Assembly: GCA_016875165.1 (NCBI GenBank)
Contig: VGSF01000002.1
Span: 33,033-97,032, forward strand
Length of the DNA: 64,000 bases
Direction: 5' to 3'
Source: Deltaproteobacteria bacterium
GTDB taxonomy: Bacteria > Desulfobacterota > SM23-61
Shown here: piece by piece, positions 27,444-34,882 of the stretch
Position numbering within the stretch: position 1 is the first letter of the stretch
Layout: every line of letters begins with the position of its first letter
Notes under the pieces: model-generated
The model's input: the letters and a program-made list of their open reading frames with translations, nothing else
Databases searched by the model: none
What the model was told of the DNA's origin: nothing
Translations under genes and position numbers: made by a program

Positions 27444-28805
27444 ATGATGAAAGTTGCAGAAACATTTGCGAAGTTTATTGCCCATACGGAGTTTCATGAA
27501 ATGGATCCTGGTGTTATTGAGTATGTGAAGATGCTGACATTCAAGCAGGTGATGGGGATGCTGGTAGGATCCGCGGCGCCCACCAGCAAGAAAGTGATCC
27601 ATTATGTGATGGAGAATCCTGGCAGGCCGGACTGTGGAGTTTATGGCTGTGGCTTCAAGGCCGATGTGGCTCAGGCAGCCCTGGCCAATGGTTTCTTTGG
27701 ACATGCTTCGGAAATGGAAGATGACCAGTTTCCCGGGGGAGGAATCAGTGACGTGACGACTTGGCCGGCCCTTTTGACTGCTGCCGAGAAGTACAAGCTC
27801 TCGGGCAAAGAGGCTATTGTTGCCTTGTATGTAGGCCAGGAAATGCAAAATCGAATCGCGATGTATGCCTCCGTGGGCACCGATGGCATCGGAATCTGTA
27901 ATCTCCCTTTTATTGGGATTTACGGGGCTACGGCAAGCTGTGCAAAAGCTTTTGAGTTAACAGAGGAACAGATCAAAATGGCGATAGGATTGGCCATGGT
28001 TCAGGGGTTGGGCTATATCCATACCTGGGGGACCGATGCCCATTTCTGGGAATCGGCAACCGTTTGCAGAAATGCTGTGGCCAATGCCATCCTGGCCAAG
28101 AATGGGGCGACCAGCAACCCGGTGATCGAGAAATGTTTGGATATGCTAACAGGTGGGAATAAGAATATCGAGTTCGATAAGATGATTGAAGGATTGGGGA
28201 AACCTCCTTTTTATACGAATAACACCTGGATAAAAAAATGGGGTTTCTGCTTCTTTACTCACAATTTCGTGGACGTCCTTGCGGACCTCATGGAGAAGAA
28301 TAAAGTAAAATACGTTGATATTGAGGAAGTTATCCTCCATTTCGATGAATTGAGAACCGTCGTGGACCGCCCTGACCCGAAGAATGCCGAGGACAGCCGC
28401 TTCAGCACGCAGCACATCCTCGCCTATCAGATGATTCACGGTCAATGCGGTCTGGATACCTGCATAGAAGCCTCGGTGAAGGATCCTGCTTTAGCCGAGG
28501 CCAGAAAAAAGGTCAAGGTCCTCTATCACCCGGAATATCCCAAGCGGTACTTTGCCGGAGAGGGACGGATCGATCTGAAGTTGAAGAACGGAAAGACTCT
28601 CACGCATGCCATGGATCAACCTTACGGGGGGCCCAAGTATCCTTTGACCATGGACCAGATCGTGGGGATCTACCGGAAATACACCAAAGGGATATTGTCT
28701 GATGCCCATATCGAGCGCACCAAAGAGATCATTCTGAATTTGGAAAACGAACCCGATATCCAAGAGCTGGCCGATATCTGCACCTTCAGACACGTGATCA
28801 AATGA
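27444..28805 (+). CDS. MmgE/PrpD-family protein (2-methylcitrate dehydratase-like)
   Basis: 453 aa. N-terminus VAETFAKFIAHTEFHEMDPGVIEYVKMLTFK and overall PrpD-like length. Confidence 0.7.
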   Translation: MMKVAETFAKFIAHTEFHEMDPGVIEYVKMLTFKQVMGMLVGSAAPTSKKVIHYVMENPGRPDCGVYGCGFKADVAQAALANGFFGHASEMEDDQFPGGGISDVTTWPALLTAAEKYKLSGKEAIVALYVGQEMQNRIAMYASVGTDGIGICNLPFIGIYGATASCAKAFELTEEQIKMAIGLAMVQGLGYIHTWGTDAHFWESATVCRNAVANAILAKNGATSNPVIEKCLDMLTGGNKNIEFDKMIEGLGKPPFYTNNTWIKKWGFCFFTHNFVDVLADLMEKNKVKYVDIEEVILHFDELRTVVDRPDPKNAEDSRFSTQHILAYQMIHGQCGLDTCIEASVKDPALAEARKKVKVLYHPEYPKRYFAGEGRIDLKLKNGKTLTHAMDQPYGGPKYPLTMDQIVGIYRKYTKGILSDAHIERTKEIILNLENEPDIQELADICTFRHVIK

Positions 28806-28963
28806 TAAGGGCTGGGAGAGGGATTTACCTGAGGGATCCCAAGATCTATTTGGCATTTAAGGGATGGGGTGATATTAGTTAGGAAATCATTTCTCGATTC
28901 CTTCCTTAAGAAGGGCAGCATCCGATTATACAATACGCTTGCCTATCTGATTCGGAGTAAGGG

Positions 28964-29172
28964 ATGGGTATTCTGTCTAAAGTGACCCGCACCATCAAGG
29001 AAGGAGCCTTGGCCAGTGCGATGGCGACGACCCGGAAATTGACCGGAGGGTATGACATTGCCCTAAGGATCATCGCTGTCTCCTTCAGTGTTTTCTTTCT
29101 ATACACCACTTTCTTCGGATTGATCTCTCAGGAATCCCATATCGGCCTCTATTTCCTTGGAACCTTTGTGGT
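28964..29172 (+). pseudogene. N-terminal fragment of TRAP-T (TAXI-type) fused permease, truncated by the IS element
   Basis: RKLTGGYDIALRIIAVSFSVFFLYTTFFGLISQESHIGLYFLGTF matches TRAP 4TM/12TM permease N-termini. Homology ends at the left IR of the element (29173). Confidence 0.55.
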
Positions 29173-30249
29173 AAAAAGGGACGTTGTTCATTTGGTTCAG
29201 AAACTACTTGACAGGGAGAGAAAAAAGGATTAATGGAGGGGGATGCCACGGAAAGCGCGATTAGATGTCCCTGGGACCCTGCACCACGTCATGGTATGGG
29301 GGATAGAAGGAAGTAATATTTTCCGGGACGATGAAGATCGGAAGGCTTTTGTAGATAGGATCAGGTATTTGGCCAAAGAAACCGGAACCCGTATTCTGGC
29401 TTGGGCCCTAATGGGCAATCATGTTCATTTGTTGCTTGTTAGCGGGCCGGATGGCTTATCAACTTTTATGCGGCGACTATTGACTGCCTATGCTATTGGC
29501 TTTAATCGGAAACATCGTAGATTTGGGCACCTATTCCAAAACCGTTATAAATCCATCATCTGTGAGTTGGAACCGTACTTACTGGAGTTAGTCCGTTACA
29601 TTCATCTTAATCCGTTCCGGGCTGGGGTGGTGAAGAGCTTTGAAGAATTGGAGAATTATCCTTGGTGTGGTCATGGAGTCTTGACAGGCAGGCAGAGGAA
29701 TGATTGGCAGGAAAAGGATTTTGTGCTTGGTTTTTTGGGGTCTAGAGGAAAAAAAGCAGTTCGTGCTTATCGGGGATTCATGGAGGCCGGGAAATGTTTG
29801 GGACAGAGGTTGGAGTTGGTGGGTGGTGGATTGATTCGGAGTATGGGGGGTTGGTCCCAAGTTTTGTCTCTTCGGAATAGAGGTGAGAAGGAAGCTTATG
29901 ATGAGCGGATTTTAGGGGATGGGGATTTTGTTCAAGCTATTTTGGCGGAAGCGGATCAAAAGTTAGCTCGACAAATTCGAGCCCGAAAGAAAACCGGGTC
30001 GTTATCGATAATTATTAAAGAAAGGTGTCGGGAAGCTGGAGTCAATGAAGTTGAGCTAAGATCAGGGAGCAGGCGAATGGCCGTGTCGGAGCTGCGGAGG
30101 AGGCTTTGTTTTTATTTATATCGAGAGCTGGGTATGCCGATGGCTGAAATTGCTCGTCAAGTTGGGGTAGGGACAACAGGGGTGGCTATGGCTGTTAAAG
30201 AAGCAACGACAAGATAATAATTGAATGAAATGAACAACGTCCCCTTTTT
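29173..30249 (+). mobile_element. IS200/RAYT-like Y1-transposase element with ~21-bp terminal inverted repeats
   Basis: aaaaagggacgttgttcattt (29173-29193) is inverted at aaatgaacaacgtccccttttt (30228-30249). Contains a single transposase ORF. Confidence 0.75.
29243..30217 (+). CDS. Y1 (HUH) transposase, IS200-like / REP-associated tyrosine transposase family, with C-terminal DnaA-C-like HTH
   Basis: HUH motif GNHVHLL and catalytic-Tyr region FQNRYKS. The C-terminus AEIARQVGVGTTGVAMAVK is HTH-like. Confidence 0.8.
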   Translation: MPRKARLDVPGTLHHVMVWGIEGSNIFRDDEDRKAFVDRIRYLAKETGTRILAWALMGNHVHLLLVSGPDGLSTFMRRLLTAYAIGFNRKHRRFGHLFQNRYKSIICELEPYLLELVRYIHLNPFRAGVVKSFEELENYPWCGHGVLTGRQRNDWQEKDFVLGFLGSRGKKAVRAYRGFMEAGKCLGQRLELVGGGLIRSMGGWSQVLSLRNRGEKEAYDERILGDGDFVQAILAEADQKLARQIRARKKTGSLSIIIKERCREAGVNEVELRSGSRRMAVSELRRRLCFYLYRELGMPMAEIARQVGVGTTGVAMAVKEATTR

Positions 30250-30316
30250 CCCGAACAGCTCACCGGCGGCAATGGAGCGCAGCGGAATTGCCGTCCGGTA
30301 CAGCGCCTTGTTAGAC
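30250..30316 (-). other. attC site (canonical size, 67 bp) of the methyltransferase cassette
   Basis: Minus strand reads GTCTAAC-aaggcgctgt-accggAcggcaat-loop-attgccgccggt-gagct-GTTCGGG. There is a bulged base on the R''-proximal arm. Confidence 0.65.
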
Positions 30317-30330
30317 CATTCTTTATGCGT

Positions 30331-31317
30331 CTACTTTTTAAGCACATTTACTACCACACCATTGCTTCCATAGAAAACATCCACTTCTTTGTTCTCAGGT
30401 GAATCAACCATTTCCTTTACTTCTTCCAAAGTTTTTGGAGTATCATAAGTCGCACCTAAAGCATCAAAAGTGTCCATAATTGCCCATTCTAAACGCTGCT
30501 TTTTATTAAGACCAATGCCAATGTAATTCCAACACGGAATTGGGATTAACGCGACTATTCTGGAGCCAAGCTTGGGAATTCTCCGAATGGCTGTATCTAT
30601 TGGTAAATAAAGCGGAATATACGCCTCTATGATTTTCAGTAGTGTATCAGGATTCATTCGAGATGTAATTGGACGCCAAATATACTTTGGAGTCGACCAA
30701 GGCGTAGGAATTCTCATCTTCCTATAGTAGTCAATGGAAATCTTCCCCCCAGACCTAAGCTTTGAAAAAATAGCTCTATATGCTTCTGTTGGAACGGGCG
30801 TATGTTGTAAAACCCCGTAGCAAAATACGTAATCAAAAACGCCATCTGGAAATGGAATATCATAAAGATCGCCCTGAAAAATGAAAAGATCACCTTTATT
30901 TTTATTGTTATCATAGTTAGCAGTCACAGCATTGCTATAATCAAAACTGACAACTATTGCTCCGGCCTGTAATAGGATTTCAGTAAACCTTCCTGCGCCT
31001 GACCCAACCTCCAAAACAGTTTTCCCAGAAAGTTCTTCTGCCTTCCATTTTGTGTTAGACCAAAACCGTTGGGCTGTAAGAGGAATACCTGACGCACTAT
31101 CAAGTTGTGTGGATTTGAACTTGTTCCACTGCAAACCAAAATTATCAGCATAGTTTTCGGTGGAAATAAATCGAGGAATGCCCCCAACAATATCAACGGT
31201 CTTGTGCTTGACTCTTTTAGAAAGCAATTGACCACTAATTATGGTATCATTATTAATTTCTGTAGCTTTCAGCTCATAATCTTCCGCCAAGTACTTGTCA
31301 AAGTGTGTTCGTTTCAT
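30331..31317 (-). CDS. Class I SAM-dependent methyltransferase (integron cassette)
   Basis: Motif I VLEVGSGAGRFTE. The start MKRTHFDKY at 31317 is more likely, because the listed 31488 start runs into the attC-like repeat. Confidence 0.75.
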   Translation of the reverse strand: MKRTHFDKYLAEDYELKATEINNDTIISGQLLSKRVKHKTVDIVGGIPRFISTENYADNFGLQWNKFKSTQLDSASGIPLTAQRFWSNTKWKAEELSGKTVLEVGSGAGRFTEILLQAGAIVVSFDYSNAVTANYDNNKNKGDLFIFQGDLYDIPFPDGVFDYVFCYGVLQHTPVPTEAYRAIFSKLRSGGKISIDYYRKMRIPTPWSTPKYIWRPITSRMNPDTLLKIIEAYIPLYLPIDTAIRRIPKLGSRIVALIPIPCWNYIGIGLNKKQRLEWAIMDTFDALGATYDTPKTLEEVKEMVDSPENKEVDVFYGSNGVVVNVLKK

Positions 31318-31341
31318 GAGTATTCCTTTTTGAAGGTCTAA

Positions 31342-31635
31342 TGCGGAGTTGAGCAGTGCCCCGGAGGGGCATCTGTTCGAACTCCTTGTTCTCCCCGAGC
31401 GGAGCGAGGGGAAGGAGTTCGAACCCTGCTCAACTCCGCATTCCCCCCTCGCTTCGCTCGGGGGGAATGGGCCGGATGAGCGGCGCATTCGCGTCCGTTC
31501 GATCCGGGTTGATGGGCCGCGCTTCGCGGACCATCAACCCTCCGCTAATCCGGCCCAATGGCACGACGCGAAGCGTCGGGCCATCGCAAAAATCAGCGGT
31601 GGCTGTAAGCCATCCGCTGGAGTGACAGGTTATCT
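31342..31635 (-). repeat. Composite attC-like repeat (modules M1-M2-M3-M4)
   Basis: M1 is the palindrome aatgcggagttgagcag...ctgctcaactccgcatt. M2 is cccccc-N11-gggggg. M3 is gggccggatgagcgg...ccgctaatccggccc plus cgacgcgaagcgtcg. M4 is cagcgg-N15-ccgctgg next to the AGATAAC box. Confidence 0.7.
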
Positions 31636-31648
31636 GAATCCTTTCCCA

Positions 31649-32005
31649 TCAATAATTTATACTAATTTTCTCAGTAAACTTATTCAGGGTTTTATCGAGG
31701 GTCCAAAGGAGAACACTTGTTAATACAGCGGATGCAATCAGATGGACATCTATATAGCCTAACCCCTTTCCCATCAGTTGATTATTCTTAATGAATTTTA
31801 AGACTTCTTCATCTTCGGATAAAATCATCATTGGGAGGGATTGAAGATAGGTAAGGATTTCATGTCTATGCTTGAGATTCCCACAGGCAAGCTCTCCAAC
31901 AATAAATGGGTGGCATACAACTTCTCCGTCATATAGTAATTTCTGAAGTTCTTCATTTCCGTAACGCAGGTGAGAAACCCATACCGAGGTATCAACAAGA
32001 ACCAA
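31649..32005 (-). CDS. vapC: VapC PIN-domain toxin (cassette)
   Basis: MVLVDTSVWVSHL... with PIN acidic residues. Starts 1 nt after the vapB stop. Confidence 0.8.
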   Translation of the reverse strand: MVLVDTSVWVSHLRYGNEELQKLLYDGEVVCHPFIVGELACGNLKHRHEILTYLQSLPMMILSEDEEVLKFIKNNQLMGKGLGYIDVHLIASAVLTSVLLWTLDKTLNKFTEKISINY

Positions 32006-32006
32006 T

Positions 32007-32204
32007 TTATTTCTCTGCTATTCTCCGGCGCGGTATCATTTTCAGTTCCTTTTCCGTTCCGCCCAGTTTTGCAAGCCTCTTGCTGCTTTCCATTGCAATT
32101 AATGCCTCCAACCCAAGCTTGACAAGGGTTGTTTTTTCTTTGATACCTGTCAGCTTCGAAACCTTCTTGATTAGGTTGTCTTCGATGTTTAAGGTCGTCC
32201 TCAT
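32007..32204 (-). CDS. vapB: VapB-type antitoxin (cassette)
   Basis: MRTTLNIEDNLIKKVSKLTGIKEKTTLVKLGLEALI, with a GGAGG RBS before the ATG at 32204. Confidence 0.75.
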   Translation of the reverse strand: MRTTLNIEDNLIKKVSKLTGIKEKTTLVKLGLEALIAMESSKRLAKLGGTEKELKMIPRRRIAEK

Positions 32205-32273
32205 ATTAGCCTCCGAGAAATTTATATGTATCAATATGCACGATTCATGCATATTTTGTCAAGAAATTATTAA

Positions 32274-32345
32274 TGATAACGTGCCGCATCACCGGCCGGC
32301 GGAAGCGAAGCTGGAGCCGGTCCGTTGTGCATGCGGTTGTTATGC
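32274..32345 (-). other. Canonical 72-bp attC site
   Basis: Minus strand reads GCATAAC ... imperfect hairpin ... GTTATCA. Extra (bulged) bases sit on the R''-proximal arm, as in characterised attC sites. Confidence 0.7.
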
Positions 32346-32362
32346 CATGCTCTCTTTCGTGG

Positions 32363-32623
32363 CTACTTCAACTTCGCTCGGCACTGAAGCAGAAGTTCCT
32401 CGGCTTTTTCCTTGCCGAACGTCCTCACCATCTCTTCCCACATGGGCGATTTCCTGATGCTCTCCTGGAATTTCTTCGTCATTTCTTCCAATTGGTCTGG
32501 TGATGGCGCTGTTCCTGAGGAGAGAAGGTGCATCCCTTCATCGTCCATCCAGGTGAGTGGTGGGAGGGTTGGTGGGGTCGCAGCTCGATTGGCCTTCTTG
32601 GTTTTCTTTTTGATCTTTTTCAT
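32363..32623 (-). CDS. Hypothetical cassette protein (86 aa)
   Basis: ORF between the TTATGCC cassette start and its own attC. Lys-rich N-terminus, no family recognised. Confidence 0.45.
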   Translation of the reverse strand: MKKIKKKTKKANRAATPPTLPPLTWMDDEGMHLLSSGTAPSPDQLEEMTKKFQESIRKSPMWEEMVRTFGKEKAEELLLQCRAKLK

Positions 32624-32642
32624 ATCGTCGTTTCTGGCATAA

Positions 32643-32812
32643 TGCGGAGTTGAGCAGTGCCCCGGAGGGGCATCTGTTCGAACTCCTTGTTCTCCCCGAG
32701 CGGAGCGAGGGGAAGGAGTTCGATACGGCTCAACTCCGCATTCCCCCCGAGCGGAGCGAGGGGAAGGAGTTCGATACGGCTCAACTCCGCATTCCCCCCG
32801 AGCGGAGCGAGG
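32643..32812 (-). repeat. Composite repeat (M1 with internal partial duplication, plus M2)
   Basis: The segment ccccccgagcggagcgaggggaaggagttcgatacggctcaactccgcatt occurs twice in tandem. Confidence 0.7.
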
Positions 32813-32876
32813 GGGGAACGTTGCGCTTCAGCGGGGCGCTCTTTTTTTGCGTCCGACTGAAAGCGCTTGGTTATGC
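32813..32876 (-). other. Canonical-size attC (64 bp) of the 171-aa cassette
   Basis: Minus strand reads GCATAAC (overlapping the ORF stop) ... hairpin ... GTTCCCC. Confidence 0.6.
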
Positions 32877-33386
32877 ATAGATTTTTACAGCTTGATGAAA
32901 TTTGCCAAGCTTTTCATGGAACTGTTTTTGTTGACCCGTCGAGGGAAAAAAAACTACTACGCCGTTGTTTTGAACTGTGAATCCTAGTTGCTTCAATCGT
33001 GGCTCCAGAATCCTGCATATATTTGATTTTACCAATATAATCGGTATTTGTTTGCCTGCACATGCTTTTTCAAGGTCTTCTACTAAATTGCTAAAATCGC
33101 GTAGGATCACATCATTTCTTTTCTTCCCTTTTAGTTCATTAACAGGCTGGTATGTTGCGTCTAGAAGCAAATACCCTGCCTTTTGAAATAATTTGAGTCC
33201 TCCTTCTTTATTTTTTGCTGTAACACCCAACAGTTTCATCATTTCTGCGAAAAGTGGCTCAGATGTCTTCCCACTTTCGTCATAAAAATACAACCCCGAA
33301 GCTGGCGGAGATTCTAATACAAAAATATATCTTAAGTTGTCAGGAAGATATTTATTTCTATGATGTAGGTAATACTCTCTTTTCAT
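32871..33386 (-). CDS. Hypothetical cassette protein (171 aa)
   Basis: Clean ORF filling one cassette. It faintly resembles the uracil-DNA-glycosylase fold (VLESPPASG, LLDATYQP), but this is not secure. Confidence 0.5.
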   Translation of the reverse strand: MKREYYLHHRNKYLPDNLRYIFVLESPPASGLYFYDESGKTSEPLFAEMMKLLGVTAKNKEGGLKLFQKAGYLLLDATYQPVNELKGKKRNDVILRDFSNLVEDLEKACAGKQIPIILVKSNICRILEPRLKQLGFTVQNNGVVVFFPSTGQQKQFHEKLGKFHQAVKIYA

Positions 33387-33413
33387 GGCACCCCCAATTG
33401 ACTATGTGCATAA

Positions 33414-33583
33414 TGGGCCGGATGAGCGGCGCATTAGCGTCCGTTCGATCCGGGTTGATGGGCCGCGCTTCGCGGACCATCAACCCTCCGCTCATCCGGC
33501 CCAATGGCACGACGCGAAGCGTCGGGCCATCGCCGAAGCTCAGCGGCGTGCGTCAGCATGTCCGCTGGAGCGACTTGTTGGCT
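33414..33583 (-). repeat. Composite attC-like repeat (M3-M4)
   Basis: Same M3 and M4 modules as 31342-31635, without M1/M2. Bounded by AGCCAAC (minus) and ggcccA|TTATGCA. Confidence 0.7.
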
Positions 33584-33734
33584 TCAATTTTCTCGGAGGA
33601 AGACGGATGACTTTATGTCCAGAAGCGACCTGAACGGAACGTAGGTCGGCGCAAATCGCGGAGAGGTCGCCACGAAATTTTCGAGTATGCACCATTCGAT
33701 TCTTGCGCACTTCCTCAACAATTAAGTCCTTCAT
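33540..33734 (-). CDS. Hypothetical small protein, putative partner of the PIN-like gene (cassette)
   Basis: ATGA overlap with the upstream ORF. The C-terminus runs into the attC-like repeat. Confidence 0.45.
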   Translation of the reverse strand: MKDLIVEEVRKNRMVHTRKFRGDLSAICADLRSVQVASGHKVIRLPPRKLKPTSRSSGHADARR

Positions 33735-34213
33735 TTTTCAACCTCCAACAGTTCTTCAGGCGAGCAAATTTCAGGGCAGGCATATCCCTCGTTTTCGACA
33801 ATCTGTCTCACCATCCTTCGGGTGAAGGGGTTATTCAGGTGAGCAAAATTCCACGTGATGACAACCTCGATACCATTGACTGCCGCCACAGCAATATGAA
33901 GAGCGTCTTCTGGATATTGTGCAGGTATTCCCTTTTTGGCGATAATCTTTTCGGCGAGCATTCGCGCCTCGTCGTCAATGTCGAGCATAGGGAATGGCTC
34001 AATTGCCGCAAGCCTCATTTAGACTTGCTCTGAAGCCCCTCTTCTGGCTTCTTCAACAAAGACGAGTGCTGAAATGTAGGTTTCATATTTGGCAAGCAAC
34101 TTAGGCCAAAGCTCACGCGTGGCCTCTTGATGCCCAGCAACCATGATGTCGCGGCTCGGCTTGGCAGTGAGATAACTTACCACAGTGGTTTCAATGTATA
34201 GTCGTTTTTTCAT
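33731..34213 (-). pseudogene. PIN-like nuclease gene interrupted by an in-frame TAA
   Basis: MKKRLYIETTVVSYLTAKPSRD...GASEQV*MRLAAIE...DALHIAVAAVNGIEVVITWNFAHL reads as one PIN-like protein across the stop at 34019-34021. Confidence 0.55.
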
Positions 34214-34279
34214 AATCAGGTTATCAGATGTTTTAGATTTTCTCCCCAAAAAATCTTACATTCTTGCATAGAAAGCCAA

Positions 34280-34532
34280 TGCGGAGTTGAGCAGTGCCCC
34301 GGAGGGGCATCTGTTCGAACTCCTTGTTCTCCCCGAGCGGAACGAGGGGAAGGAGTTCGAACCCTGCTCAACTCCGCATTCCCCCCGAGCGAAGTGAGGG
34401 GGGAATGGGCCGGATGAGCGGCGCATTTGCGTCCGTTCGATCCGGGTTGATGGGCCGCGCTTCGCGGCCCATCAACCCTCCGCTCATCCGGCCCAATGGC
34501 ACGACGCGAAGCGTCGGGCCATCAAGTTATTC
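34280..34532 (-). repeat. Composite attC-like repeat (M1-M2-M3)
   Basis: Near-identical to the modules at 31342-31570. Bounded by GAATAAC (minus) and ccgcA|TTGGCTT. Confidence 0.7.
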
Positions 34533-34548
34533 TATGGTTTCTGTATAT

Positions 34549-34690
34549 CTCCGCATTCCCCCCCTCCGCTTCGCTCCGGGGGGAATGCGGCGCTGAGCGG
34601 TGTGTGCCTTGTCCACCCCTCCGCTCCGCCGCGGGGAGAACAAGGCACATGAGACGGATGCCCCTCCGGGGCACCGCTCAGCGCCGCAAT
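34549..34690. repeat. M2 plus a diverged M1-like palindrome, adjacent to the intI promoter region
   Basis: Sequence ctccgcattcccccctccgcttcgctccggggggaatgcggcgctgagcgg...ccgctcagcgccgcaat. Confidence 0.6.
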
Positions 34691-34799
34691 CCATTGGGTT
34701 GTAAAGTCTGCGCCCATGAGGAGATCACCTTTCTCATTGAATACCCGGTCTCTTAAAACCCCGGAAACCCATTAACTATCGAACATATTATATAATATC

Positions 34800-34828
34800 T
34801 TGACAAGTATTTTTCAACCCTTTATTCT
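34800..34828 (+). promoter_or_regulatory. Candidate sigma70 promoter for intI
   Basis: TTGACA (34800-34805), a 17-nt spacer, then TATTCT (34823-34828), about 55 nt upstream of the intI ATG. Confidence 0.35.
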
Positions 34829-34882
34829 TATCTTTCCGCATATCATGTCGTTATTAATGTTATCCCGAATGAAGGATCCCAC

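Noticed and set aside
31349-31440. The GTTGAGC ... GCTCAAC pair inside module M1 as the real attC core sites, and GGAGTTCGAAC as a tRNA T-arm.
   Set aside because: The boxes occur in the order GTTRRRY then RYYYAAC on both strands, the inverse of R''...R'. The segment around GTTCGAAC has no complementary T-stem, acceptor stem or anticodon arm.
31349-31723. ORFs of 67-124 aa running through the integron repeats (also 31356-31625, 32650-32880, 32657-32860, 33254-33633, 34294-34756).
   Set aside because: They are made entirely of palindromic repeat modules, lie on the strand opposite to all cassette genes, have no RBS, and change frame between repeat copies.
31342-34690. The regularly spaced repeats looked at first like a CRISPR-like array.
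   Set aside because: The repeats are 170-300 bp, modular and strongly palindromic. The 'spacers' are 0.5-1 kb and carry intact genes with their own inverted boundary heptamers. No cas genes are present. The layout fits an integron, not CRISPR.
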